64,000 nt of DNA, from NCBI RefSeq assembly GCF_009914755.1, contig NC_060928.1, one strand, 5' to 3'. Below the pieces are notes generated by a model, which was not told the origin of the DNA, did not search any database, and saw only the letters and a program-made list of their open reading frames with translations. This DNA is from the human T2T-CHM13v2.0 reference genome, Homo sapiens. Position 1 is the first letter of the stretch. Every line of letters starts with the position of its first letter. The position numbers and the translations under genes are program-made. Positions 11,801 to 26,800 of this stretch are shown here, piece by piece.

Positions 11801-14800
11801 TATTTTATGTACAGTATATAGTTTGAGTACTTTGATATTTAATGTTCAGTTTATTATAAATGTTTGGGTGCTTTCATATTTTATATACAGTATATAATAC
11901 ATACTTTGGGCACTTTGATATTTTCTGTACAGTATATAATACATACTTTGGGTACTTTGATATTTTATGTACGGTATATAATACATACATTGGGTACTTT
12001 GATATTTTATGTACAGTATATAATATATAGTTTGGTTACTTTGATATTTTATATACAGTATATAATATATATTATGTGTACTTTGATATATTATGTACAG
12101 TATATAATATATAGTATGGGTTGTTTGATATTTTATGTACAGTATATAATATATAGTTTGGGTAGTTTGATATTTTTAGTACAGTATGTAATATATAGTT
12201 TGTTTTATTTGATATTTTATGTACAGTATACAATATATAGTATTGGTACTTTGATATTTCATGTAAAGTATATAGTTTGAGTACTTTGATATTTTATATG
12301 CAGTTTATTATAAATGTTTGGGTACCTTCATATTTTATGTACAGTATATAATACATACTTTGGGAACTTTTATTTTATGTGCAGTATGTAATACATACTT
12401 TGGGTACTTTGATATTTCATGTACAGTATATAATACACAATTTGGGTACTTTGATATTTTATGTACAGTATATAATACACACTTTGGGTACTTTGATATT
12501 TTATGCACAGTATATAATACATACTTTGGGTACTTTGATGTATTATGTACAGTATATAATACATACTTTGGGTATTTTGATATTTTATGTACAGTATATA
12601 ATACATACTTTGGGTACTTTGATATTTTATGTACAGTATGTAATACATAATTTGGGTACTTTAATATTTTATGTATAGTATATAATACTTACTTTGGGTA
12701 CTTTGATATTTTATGGACAGTGTATAATACATACTTTGGGTACTTTGATATTTTATGTACAGTATATAACATATAGTTTGGGTACTTTGATATTTTATAT
12801 ACAGTATATAACACATACTTTGGGTACTTTGATATTTTATGTACAGTGTATAATACATACTTTGGGTACTTTGATATTTCATGCACAGTATACAATATAT
12901 AGTTTGAGTACTTTGATATTTAATGTACTGTATAAAATATATAGTTTTGGTACTTTGATATTTTATGTACAGTATATAGTTTGAGTACTTTGATATTTTA
13001 TGTACAGTTTGTTATAAATGTTTGGGTGCTTTCATATTTTATGTACAGTATATAATACATACTTTGGGCACTTTGATATCTTATGTACAGTATATAATAC
13101 ATACTTTGGGTTCTCTGATATTTTCTGTACAGTGTATAATACATAATTTGGGTACTTTGATATTTTATGTACAGCATATAATACATACGTTGGGTACTTT
13201 GATATATTATGTACAGTATATAATACATACTTTGGGTACTTTGATATTTTATGTACAGTATATAATCCATAGTTTGTGTACTTTTATATTTTATGTACAG
13301 TATATAATACATACTTTGGGTACTTTGATATTTTATGTACAGTATATAATACATACTTTGGGTACTTTCATGTTTTATGTACAGTATATAATATATAGTT
13401 TTGGTACTTTGATATTTTATCTACAGCTTATAATACTTACTTTGGGTAATTTGATATTTTATGTACAGTATATAATACATACTTTGGGTAGTTTGATATT
13501 TTATGTACAGTATACAATATATAGTTTGAGTACTTTGATATTTTATGTGCAGTATAAAATATATAGTGTTGGTACTTTGATGTTTTATGTACAGTATATA
13601 TTTTGAGTACTTTGATATTTTGTGTACAGTTTATTATAAATGTTTGGGTACTTTCATATTTGATGTACAGTACATAATACATAATTTGGGCACTTTGATA
13701 TTTTATGTACAGTATATAATACATACTTTGGGTACTTTTATATTTTATGTACAGTATATAATACATACTCTGGGCACTTTGATATTTAATGTACAGTATA
13801 TAATACACACTTTGCGTACTTTGATATTTTATGTAACGTATGTAATACATACTTTGGGTAGTTTGATATTTTATGTACAGTATGTAGTACACACTTTGGG
13901 TACTTTGATATTTTATGTACAGTATGTAAAACATACTTTGGGTAGTTTGATATTTTATGATCAGTATATAATACACATTTTGGGTACCTTGATATTTTAT
14001 GTACAGTATATAATACATACTTTGGGTACTTTGATATTTTATGTACAGTATATAATGCATACTTTAGGTACTTTGATAGTTTATGTACAGTATATAATAC
14101 ATACTTTGGGTACTTTGATATTTTATGTACAGTATATAATACATAGTTTGGGTACTTTGATATTTTATGTACAGTATATAATACATACTTTGGGTACTTT
14201 GATATTTTATGTACAGTATACAATATATACTTTGACTACTTTGATATTTTATGTCCAGTATAGAATATATAGTTTGGGTACTTTGATATTTTATGTACAG
14301 TATATAATACATACTTTGGGTACTTTGATATTTTATGTACAGTATATAATATATAGTTTGGGTACTTTGATAATTTATGTACAGTGTATAACACATACTT
14401 TGGGTACTTTGATATTTTATGTACAGTATATAATACAGACTTTGGGTACTTTGATATTTTATGTACAGTATATAATACATACTTTGGGTACTTTCATATT
14501 TCATGTACAGTTTATAATATATAGTTTGGGTACTTTGGTATATTATGTACTGTATATAATACATACTTTGGGTACTTTGATATTTTATGTACAGTATATA
14601 ATACATACTTTGGGTACTTTGATATTTTATGTACAGTATACAATATATACTTTGACTACTTTGATATTTTATGTCCAGTATAGAATATATAGTTTTGGTA
14701 GTTTGATATTTTATGTACAGTATATAGTTTGAGTACATTGATATTTTATGTACACTTTATTATAAATGTTTGGATACTTTCATATTTTATGTACAGTATA

Positions 14801-17800
14801 TAATACATACTTTGGGCACTTTGATATTTTATGTACAGTATACAATACATACTTTGGGTACTTTGATATTTTACGTACAATATATAATACATAATTTGGG
14901 TACCTTGATATTTTATGTACAGTATATAATGCATACTTTGGGTACTTTGATGTTTTATGTATAGTATATAATACATACTTAGGGTACTTTGACATTTTAT
15001 GTGCAGTACATAATACACACTTTGGATACTTTGTTATTTTAAATACAGTTTGTAATACATATTTTGGGTACATTGATATTTTATGTACTGTATATAATAC
15101 ATAGTTTGGTACTTTTATATTTCATGTACAGTATATAATATATAGTTTGGGTACTTTGATATTTTATGTACAGTATATAATACATAGTTTGGGTATTTTG
15201 ATATTTTATGTACAGTATATAATACATACTTTGGGTACTTTGATATTTTATGTACAGTATATAATATATAGTTTGGGTACTTTGATATTTTATGTGCAGT
15301 ATATAACACATACTTTCGGTAGTTGGATATTTTATGTACAGTATATAATACATACTTTGGGTACTTCGATATTTGATGTACAGTATACTATATATAGTTT
15401 GGGTACTTTGATATTTTATGTCGGGTATAAAATAAATAGTTTTGGTACTTAGATATTTTATGTACAGTATATAGTTTGAGTACTTTGATATTTTATGTAC
15501 AGTTTATTATAAATGGGTGCTTTCATATTTTATGTACAGTATATAATACATACTATGGGCACTTTGATATTTTATGTACAGTATATAATACATACTTTGG
15601 GTACTTTGATATTTTATGTACACTACATAATACATACTTTGGGTACTTTGATATTTTATGTACAGTACATAATATATAGTTTGGGTACTTTGATATTTTA
15701 TGTGCAGTATATAACACATACTTTCGGTACTTGGATATTTTATGTACAGTATATAATACATAATTTGGGTACTTCCATATTTTATGTACAGTATGCTATA
15801 TATAGTTTGGGTACTTTGATGTTTTATGTCCAGTATAAAATAAAAAGTTTTGGTAATTCGATATTTTATGTACAGTGTATCGTTTGAGTACTTTGATATT
15901 TAATGTACAGTTTATTATAAATGTTCGGGTGCTTTCATATTTTATGTACAGTATATAATACATACTTTGAGCACTTTGATATTTTATGTACAGTATATAA
16001 TACATACTTTGGGTAATTTGATATTTTATGTACAGTATATAATACATACATTGGGTACTTTGATATTTTATGTACAGTATATAATATATAGTTAGGGTAC
16101 TTTGATATTTTATATACAGTATATAATATATATTATCTGTACTTTGATATATTATGTACAGTATATAATATATAGTTTGGGTAATTTGATATTTTATGTA
16201 CAGTATACAATATATAGTATTGGTACTTTGATATTTCATGTAAAGTATATAGTTTGAGTACTTTGATATTTTATATACAGTTTATTATAAATGTTTGGGT
16301 ACCTTCCTATTTTATGTACAGTATATAATACATACTTTGGGAACTTTTATTTTATGTGCAGTATTTAATACATACTTTGTGTACTTTGATATTTTATGTA
16401 CAGTATATAATACACACTTTGGGTACTTTGATATTTTATGTACAGTATATAATACACACTTTGGGTACTTTGATATTTTATGTACAGTATATAATACATA
16501 CTTTGGGTACTTTGATGTATTATGTACAGTATATAATACATACTTTGGGTACTTTGATATTTTATGTACAGTATATAATACATACTTTGAGTACTTTGAT
16601 GTATTATGTACAGTATATAATACATACCTTGGGTACTTTAATATTTTATGTATAGTATATAATACCTACTTTGGGTACTTTGATATTTTCTGTACAGTAT
16701 GTAATACATAATTTGGGTACTTTAATATTTTATATATAGTATATAATACTTACTTTGGGTACTTTGATATTTTATGGACAGTGTATAATACATACTATTG
16801 GTACTTTGATATTTTATGTACATTATACAATATATAGTTTGAGTACTTTGATATTTTATGTCCAGTATAAAATATATAGATTTCGTACTTTGATATTTTA
16901 TGTACAGAATATAGTTTGAGTACTTTGATATTTTATGTACACTTTATTATAAAAGTTTGGGTACTTTCATAATTTACATACAGTATATAATACATACTTT
17001 GGGCACTTTGATGTTTTATGTACAGTATATAATACATACCTTAGGTTCTTTTATATTTTATATAAAGCATATAATACAAAATTTGGGGACTTTTATATTT
17101 TATGTACATTATAAAATACATACTTTGGGTACTTTTATATTTTATGTACGGTATATAATACACACTTTGGGTACTTTGATATATTATGTACAGTATATAA
17201 TACATACTTTGGGTACTTTGATATATTATGTACAGTATATAATACATACTAAAGGTACTTTGACATTTTATGTACAGTACATAATACATACTTTGGGTAC
17301 TTTGATATTTTATGTACAGTATATAATGCATACTTTGGATACTTTGATATTTTATGTACAGTATATAATACATATTTTGGGTAGTTTTATATTTTATGTA
17401 CAGTATATAATATATAGTTTGGGTACTTTGATATTTTATGTACAGTATATAATACATACTTTGGGTACTTTGATATTTTTTGTACAGTATATAATACATA
17501 CTTTGGGTACTCTGATATTTTATGTACAGTATACAATATATGGTTTGAGTACTTTGATATTTTATGTACTGTATAAAATATATAGTTTTCGTACTTTGAT
17601 ATTTTATGTATAATATATAGTTTGAGTACTTTGATATTTTATGTACAGTTTTTTATAAATATTTGGGTGCTTTCTTATTTTATGTCCAGTATATAATACA
17701 TACAAAGGGCACTTTGATATTTTATGTACAGTATATAATACATACTTTGGGTACTCTGATATTTTATGTACAGTGTATAATACATACTTTGTGTACTTTG

Positions 17801-20800
17801 ATATTTTATGTACAATAGATAATACATACGTTGGGAACTTTGATATATTATGTACAGTATATAATACATACTTTGGGTACTTTGATATTTTATCTACAGT
17901 ATGCAACACATAGTTTGTGTACTTTGATATTTTATGTACAGTATATAATACATACTTTGGGTACTTTGATATTTTATGTACAGCATATAATACATACTTC
18001 GGGTACTTTCATATTTTATGTACAGTATATAATATATAGTTTGGTTACTTTGATATTTTATCTACAGCTTATAATACATACTTTGGATACTTTCATATTT
18101 TATGTACAGTATATAATACATACTTTGGGTACTTTGATATTTTATGTACAGTATACAATATATAGTTTGAGTACTTTGATATTTTATGTGCAGTATAAAA
18201 TATATAGTTTTGGTACTTTCATATTTTATGTACAGTATATAGTTTGAGTACTTTGATAATTTATGTACCGTTTTTTATAAATGTTTGGGTGCTTTCATAT
18301 TTTATGTACAGTATATAATACATACTAAGGGCACTTTGATATTTTATGTACAGTATATAATACATACCTTGGGTACTTTGATATTTTATGTACAGTATAT
18401 AATATATAGTTTGGGTAGTTTGATATTTTATGTACAGTATATAATACATACTTTGGGTACTTTGATATTTTATGTACAGTATATAATACATACTTTGGGA
18501 ACTTTGATATTTTATGTACAGTATGTAAAACATACTTTGGGTACTTTGATATTTTATGTACACGATATAATGCATACTTTGGGTACTTTGATAGTTTATG
18601 TACAGTATATAATACATACTTTGGGTACTTTGATATTTTATGTATAGTATAAAATATATAGTTTGGGTACTTTGATATTTTATGTACAGTATGTAAAACA
18701 TACTTTGGGGAGTTTGATATTTTATGTACAGTATGTAAAACATACTTTGGGGAGTTTGATATTTTATGAACAGTATATAATACACATTTTGTGTACTTTG
18801 ATATTTTATGTACAGTATATAATACATACTTTGGGTACTTTGATATTTTATGTATAGTATAGATTACATACTTTGGGTACTTTGATATTTTATGTACAGT
18901 ATACAATATATAGTTTGAGTACTTTGATATTTTATGTACTGTATAAAATATATAGTTTTGGTACTTTGATATTTTATGTACAGTATATAGTTTGAGTACT
19001 TTGATATTTTATGTACAGTTTGTTATAAATATTTTGGTGCTTTCATATTTTATGTACTGTATATAATACATGCTTTGGGCACTTTGATATTTTATGTACA
19101 GTATTTAATACATACTTTGGGTACTCTGATATTTTATGTACAGTGTATAATACATACTTTGGGTACTTTGATATTTTATGTACAGTATATAATACATACA
19201 TTGGGTACTTTGATATATTATGTACAGTATATAATACTTACTTGGGGTATCTTGATATTTTATGTACAGTATATAATGCATACTTTGCGTCCTTTGATAT
19301 TTTATGTACAGTATATAATGCATACTTTGGGTACTTTGATATTTTATGTACAGTATGTAATACATACTTTGGGTACTTTGATATTTTATGTATAGTATAT
19401 AATACATACTTTGTGTAGTTTGATATTTTATGTACAGTATACAATATATAGTTTGAGTACTTTGTTATTTTATGTGCAGTATAAAATATATAGTTTTCGT
19501 AATTGATATTTTATGTACAGAATATAGTTTGAGTACTTTGATATTTTATGTACACTTTATTATAAAAGTTTGGGTACTTTCATATTTTACGTACAGTATA
19601 TAATACATACTTTGGGCACTTTGATGTTTTATGTACAGTATATAATACATACTTTAGGTTCTTTTATATTTTATGTACAGCATATAATACAAAATTTGGG
19701 GACTTTTATATTTTATGTACATTATATAATACATACTTTGGGTACTTTTATATTTTATGTACGGTATATAATACATACTTTGGGTACTTTGATATATTAT
19801 GTACAGTATATAATACATACTTTGGGTAATTTGATATATTATGTACAGTATATAATACATACTTAGGGTACTTTGACATTTTATGTACAGTATATAATAC
19901 ATACTTTGGGTACTTTGATATTTTATGAACAGTATATAATACATACTTTGGGTACTTTGATATTTTATGTACTGTATATAATACATACTTTGGGTACTTT
20001 TATATTTTATGTACAGTATATAATATATAGTTTGGGTACTTTGATATTTTATGTACGGTATATAATACATACTTTGGGTACTTTGATATTTTATGTATAG
20101 TATATAATACATACTTTGGGTACTTTGATATTGTATGTACAGTATACAATATATAGTTTGAGTACTTTGATATTTTATGTACTGTATAAAATATATAGTT
20201 TTGGTACTTTGATATTTTATGTATAGTATATAGTTTGAGTACTTTGATATTTTATGTACAGTTTTTTATAAATATTTGGGTGCTTTCATATTTTATGTAC
20301 AGTATATAATACATACTAAGCGCACTTTGATATTTTATGTACAGTATATAATACATACTTTGGTTACTCTGATATTTTATGTACAGTGTATAATACATAC
20401 TTTGGGTACTTTGATATTTTATGTACAATATATGATACATACGTTGGGAACTTTGATATATTATGTACAGTATATAATTCATACTTTGGGTTCTTTGATA
20501 TTTTCTGTACAGTATATAATACATAGTTTGTGTACTTTCATATTTTATGTACAGTATATATTACATACTTTGGGTACTTTGATATTTTATATACAGTATA
20601 TAATACATACTTTGGGTACTTTCATATTTTATGTACAGTATATAATATATAGTTTGGGTACTTTGATATTTTATCTACAGCTTATAATACATACTTTGGG
20701 TACTTTGATATTTTATGTACAGTATATAATACATACTTTGGGTAGTTTGATATTTTATGTACAGTATACAATATATAGTTTGAGTACTTTGATATTTTAT

Positions 20801-23800
20801 GTGCAGTATAAAATATATAGTTTTGGTACTTTCATATTTTATGTACAGTTTATAGTTTGAGTACTTTGATATTTTCTGTACAGATTATTATAAATGTTTG
20901 GGAACTTTCATATTTGATGTACAGTATATAATATACATAATTTGGGCACTTTGATATTTTATGTACAGTATATAATACATACTTTGGGTACTTTGATATT
21001 TTATGTACAGTATATAATACATACTTTGGGTACTTTGATATTTAATGTACAGTATATAATACACACTTTGCGTACTTTGATATTTTATGTAAAGCATGTA
21101 ATACATACTTTGGGCAGTTTGATATTTTATGTACAGTATGTAATACACACTTTGGGTACTTTGATATTTTATGTACAGTATGTAAAACATACTTTGGGTA
21201 GTTTGATATATTATGTACAGTATATAATACATACTTTGGGTACTCTGACATTTTATGTACAGTGTATAATACATACTTTGGGTACTTTGATATTTTATGT
21301 ACAGTATATAATACATACATTGGGTACTTTGATATATTATGTACAGTATATAATACTTACTTTGGGTACTTTGATATTTTATGTACAGTATATAATACAT
21401 ACTTTGTGTACTTTGATATTTTATGTACAGTATATAATACATACTTTGGGTACTTTGATATTTTATGTACAGTATATAATACATACTTTGGGTATCTTGA
21501 TATTTTATGTACAGTATATAATGCATACTTTGGGTACTTTGATATTTTATGTACAGTATATAATGCATACTTTGAGTACTTTGATATTTTATGTACAGTA
21601 TGTAATACATACTTTGGGTACTTTGATATTTTATGTATAGTATATAATACATACTTTGTGTAGTTTGATATTTTATGTACAGTATAAAATATATAGTTTG
21701 AGTACTTTGATATTTTATGTCCAGTATAAAATATATAGTTTTCCTAATTGATATTTTATGTACAGAATATAGTTTGAGTACTTTGATATTTTATGTACAC
21801 TTTATTATAAATGTTTGGGTACTTTCATATTTTATGTACAGTATATAATACATACTTTGGTCTCTTTGATGTTTTATGTACAGTATATAATACATACTTT
21901 GGGTTCTTTGATATTTTATGTGCAGAATATAATGCATAGTTTTAGGTACTTTTATATTTTATGTACAGTATATAATACATACTTTGGGTACTTTTATATT
22001 TTATGTACAGTATATAATACATACTTTGGGAAATTTGATATTTTATGTACAGTATGTAATACATACTTTGGGTACTTTGATATTTTATGTACAGTATATA
22101 ATACATATTATTGGTACTTCGATATTTTATGTACAGTATACAATATATAGTTTGAGTACTTTGATATTTTATGTCCAGTATAAAATACATAGATTTCATA
22201 CTTTGATATTTTATGTACAGAATATAGTTTGAGTACTTTGATATTTTATGTACACTTTATCATAAAAGTTTGGGTACTTTCATATTTTACGTACAGTATA
22301 TAATACATACTTTGGGCACTTTGATGTTTTTGTACAGTATACAATACATACTTTGGGTTCTTTGATATGTTATGTACAGCATATAGTACATAATTTGGGG
22401 ACTTTTATATTTTATGTACATTATATAATACATACTTTGGGTACTTTTATATTTTATGTACGGTATATAATACATACTTTGGGTACTTTGATATATTATG
22501 TACAGTATATAATACATACTTTGGGTACTTTGATATTTTTTGTACAGTATGTAAAACATACTTTGGGGAGTTTGATATTTTATGAACAGTATATAATACA
22601 CATTTTGTGTACTTTGATATTTTATGTACAGTATATAATACATACTTTGGGTACTTTGATATTTTACGTACAGTATATAATACATACGTTGGGTACTTTG
22701 ATATTTTATGTACAGTATATAATACATACATTGGGTACTTCGATATTTTATGTGCAGTACCCTATATATAGTTTGGGTATTTTGATATTTTATGTCCAGT
22801 ATAAAATAAATAGTTTTTTTACTTTGATATTTTATGTACAGGTTATAGTTTGAGTACTTTGATATTTAATGTTCAGTTTGTTATAAATGTTTGGGTGCTT
22901 TCATATTTTATATACAGTATATAATACATACTTTGGGCACTTTGATATTTTCTGTACAGTATATAATACATACTTTGGGTACTTTGATATTTTATGTACG
23001 TATATAATACATACATTGGGTACTTTGATATTTTATGTACAGTATATAATATATAGTTTGGGTACTTGGATATTTTATATACAGTATATAATATATATTA
23101 TGTGTACTTTGATATATTATGTGCAGTATATAATATGTAGTTTGGGTTGTTTGATATTTTTTGTACAGTATATAATATATAGTTTGGGTAGTTTGATATT
23201 TTAAGTACAGTATGTAATATATAGTTTGTGTTATTTGATATTTTATGTACAGTATGCAATATATAGTATTGGTACTTTGATATTTCATGTAAAGTATATA
23301 GTTTCGGTACTTTGATATTTTATATACAGTTTATTATAAATGTTTGGGTACCTTCATATTTTATGTACAGTATATAATACATACTTTGGGAACTTTTATT
23401 TTATGTGCAGTATATAATACATACTATGGGTACTTTGATATTTTATGTACAGTATATAATACACACTTTGGGTACTTTGATATTTTATGTACAGTATATA
23501 ATACACACTTTGGGTACTTTGATATTTTATGTACAGTATATAATAGATACTTTGGGTACTTTGATGTATTATGTACAGTATATAATACATACTTTGGGTA
23601 CTTTGATATTTTATGTACAGTACATAATACATACTTTGGGTACTTTGATATTTTATGTACAGTATGTAATACATAATTTGGGTACTTTAATATTTTATAT
23701 ATAGTATATAATACATACTTCTCTGGGTACTTTCATATTTTATGGACAGTGTATAATACATACTTTGGGTACTTTGATATTTTATGTACAGTATATAATA

Positions 23801-26800
23801 TATAGTTTTTGTACTTTGATATTTTTTATACAGTATATAATACATACTTTGGGTACTTTGATATTTTGTGAACAGTATATAATACATACTTTGTGTACTT
23901 TGATATTTTATGCACAGTATACCATATATAGTTTGAGTACTTTGATATTTTATGTACTGTATAAAATATATAGTTTTGGTACTTTGATATTTTATGTACA
24001 GTATATAGTTTGAGTACTTTGATATTTTATGTTCAGTTTGTTATAAATGTTTGGGTGCTTTCATATTTTATGTACAGTATATAATACATACTTTGGGCAC
24101 TTTGATATCTTATGTACAGTATATAATACATACTTTGGGTACTCTGATATTTTATGTACAGTGTATAATACATAATTTGTGTACTTTGATATTTTATGTA
24201 CAGTATATAATACATACGTTGGGTACTTTGATATATTATGTACAGTATATAATACATACTTTGGGTACTTTGATATTTTATGTACAGTATATAATCCATA
24301 GTTTGTGTACTTTGATATTTTATGTACAGTATATAATACATACTTTGCGTACTTTGATATTTTATGTACAGTATATAATACATACTTTGGGTACTTTCAT
24401 GTTTTATGTACAGTATATAATATATAGTTTGGGTACTTTGATATTTTATGTACGGTATATAATACATACTTTGGGTACTTTGATATTTTATGTACAGTAT
24501 AAAGTTTGAGTTCTTTGATATTTTATGTACTGTTTATTATTAATGTTTGGGTACTTTGATATTTTATGTACAGTATATAATGCATAATTTGGGTAATTTG
24601 ATATTTTATGTACAGTATATAATACATACTTTCTGTATTTTGATATTGTATGTACAGTATATAATATATAGTTTGAGTACTTTGATATTTTATGTACAGT
24701 ATATAACAGATACTTTTGGAACTTTGATATTTTATGTACAGTATACAATACATACTTTGGGTACATCCATATTTTATGTACAGTATACTATATATAGTTT
24801 GGGTATTTTGATATTTTATGTCCAGTATAAAATAAATAGTTTTGGTACTTTGATACTTTATGTACAGTATATAGTTTGAGTACTTTGATATTTTATGTAC
24901 AGTTTATTATAAATGTTTGGGTGCTTTCATATTTTATGTACAGTATATAATACGTACCTTGGCACTGTGATATTTTATGTTGAGTATATAATACATACTT
25001 TGGGTACTTTTATATTTTATGTACATTATATAATACATAGTTTGGGTACCTTGATATTTTATGTACATTATATAATACATACTTTGGGTAAATTGATGTT
25101 TTATGTACAGTATTTAATACATATTTTGGGTACCTTGATATTTTATGTACAGTATATAATACATACATTGGGTACTTTCATATTTTATGTACAGTATATA
25201 ATACATACTTTGGGCACTTTGATATTTTATGTTCAGTATATAATACATACTTTGGGTACTTTGATATTTTATGTTCAGTATATAATGCACACTTTGGGTA
25301 CTTTGATATTTTATGTACAGTATATAATACATACTTTGGGTACCTTGATATTTTATGTAGAGTATAAAATACATACTTTGTGTACTCTGATATTTTATGT
25401 ACAGTAGATAATACATAGTTTGTGTACTTTGATATTTTATGTACAGTATATAATACATACTTTGGGTACCTTGATATTTTATGTACAGTATATAATACAT
25501 ACATTGGGTACTTTCATATTTTATGTACAGTATATAATATATCGTTTGGGTACTTTGATATTTTATGTGTAGCTTATAATACATACTTTGCGTACTTTGA
25601 TATTTTATGTACAGTATGTAATACATACTTTGGGTACTTTGATAGTTTATGTACAGTATATAATACATACTTTGGTTACTTTTGTATTTTATGTACAGTA
25701 TATAATACATAGTTTGGGTACTTTGATATTTAATGTATAGTATATAATACACACCTTGCGTACTTGGATATTTTATGTAAAGTATGTAATACATACTTTG
25801 GGTACTTTGATATTTTATGTACAGTATGTAATACACACTTTGGGTACTTTGATATGTTATGTACAGTATGTAAAACATACTTTGGGTAGTTTGGTATTTT
25901 ATGATCAGTATATAATACATATTTTGGGTACTTTGATATTTTATGTACAGTATATAATACATACTTTGGGTACTTTGATATTTTATGTACAGTATATAAT
26001 GCATACTTTGGGTACTTTGATAGTTTATGTACAGTATACAATACATACTTTGGGTACTTTGATATTTTATGTACAGTATATAATATGTAGTTTGGGTACT
26101 TTGATATATTAACTACAGTATATAATACATACTTTGGGTACTTTGATATTTTATCTACAGTATATAAAACATACTTTGGGTACTTTGACATATTATGTAC
26201 AGTATATAATACATAGTTTGGGTACTTTGATATTTTTTGTACAGTATGTAAATCATACTTTGGGGAGTTTGATATTTTATGAACAGTATATAATACACAT
26301 TTTGGGTACTTTGATATTTTATGTACAATATATAATACATACTTTGGGTACTTTGATATTTTATGTACAGTATATAATACATACTTTGGGTACTTTGGTA
26401 TTTTATGTACAGTATATAATACATACATTGGGTACTTCGATATTTTATGTGCAGTACCCTATATATAGTTTGGATACTTTGATATTTTATGTGCAGTATA
26501 AAATAAATAGTTTTGGTACTTTGATATTTTATGTACAGTATATAGTTTGAGTACTTTGATATTTAATGTACAGTTTATTATAAATGTTTGGGTGCTTTCA
26601 TATTTTATATACAGTATATAATACATACTTTGGGCACTTTGATATTTTATGTACAGTATATAATACATTCTTTGGGTACTTTCATATTTTATGTACGGTA
26701 TATAATACATACATTGGGTACTTTGATATTTTATGTACAGTATATAATATATAGTTTGGGTACTTTGATATTTTATATACAGTATATAATATATATTATG

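Noticed and set aside
23715-23730. Unique small insertion ACTTCTCTGGG (and ACTTTTTGGG near 44350)
   Set aside because: These are isolated 2-3 bp indels with no mobile-element features. They are useful only as mapping markers and could be sequencing errors.
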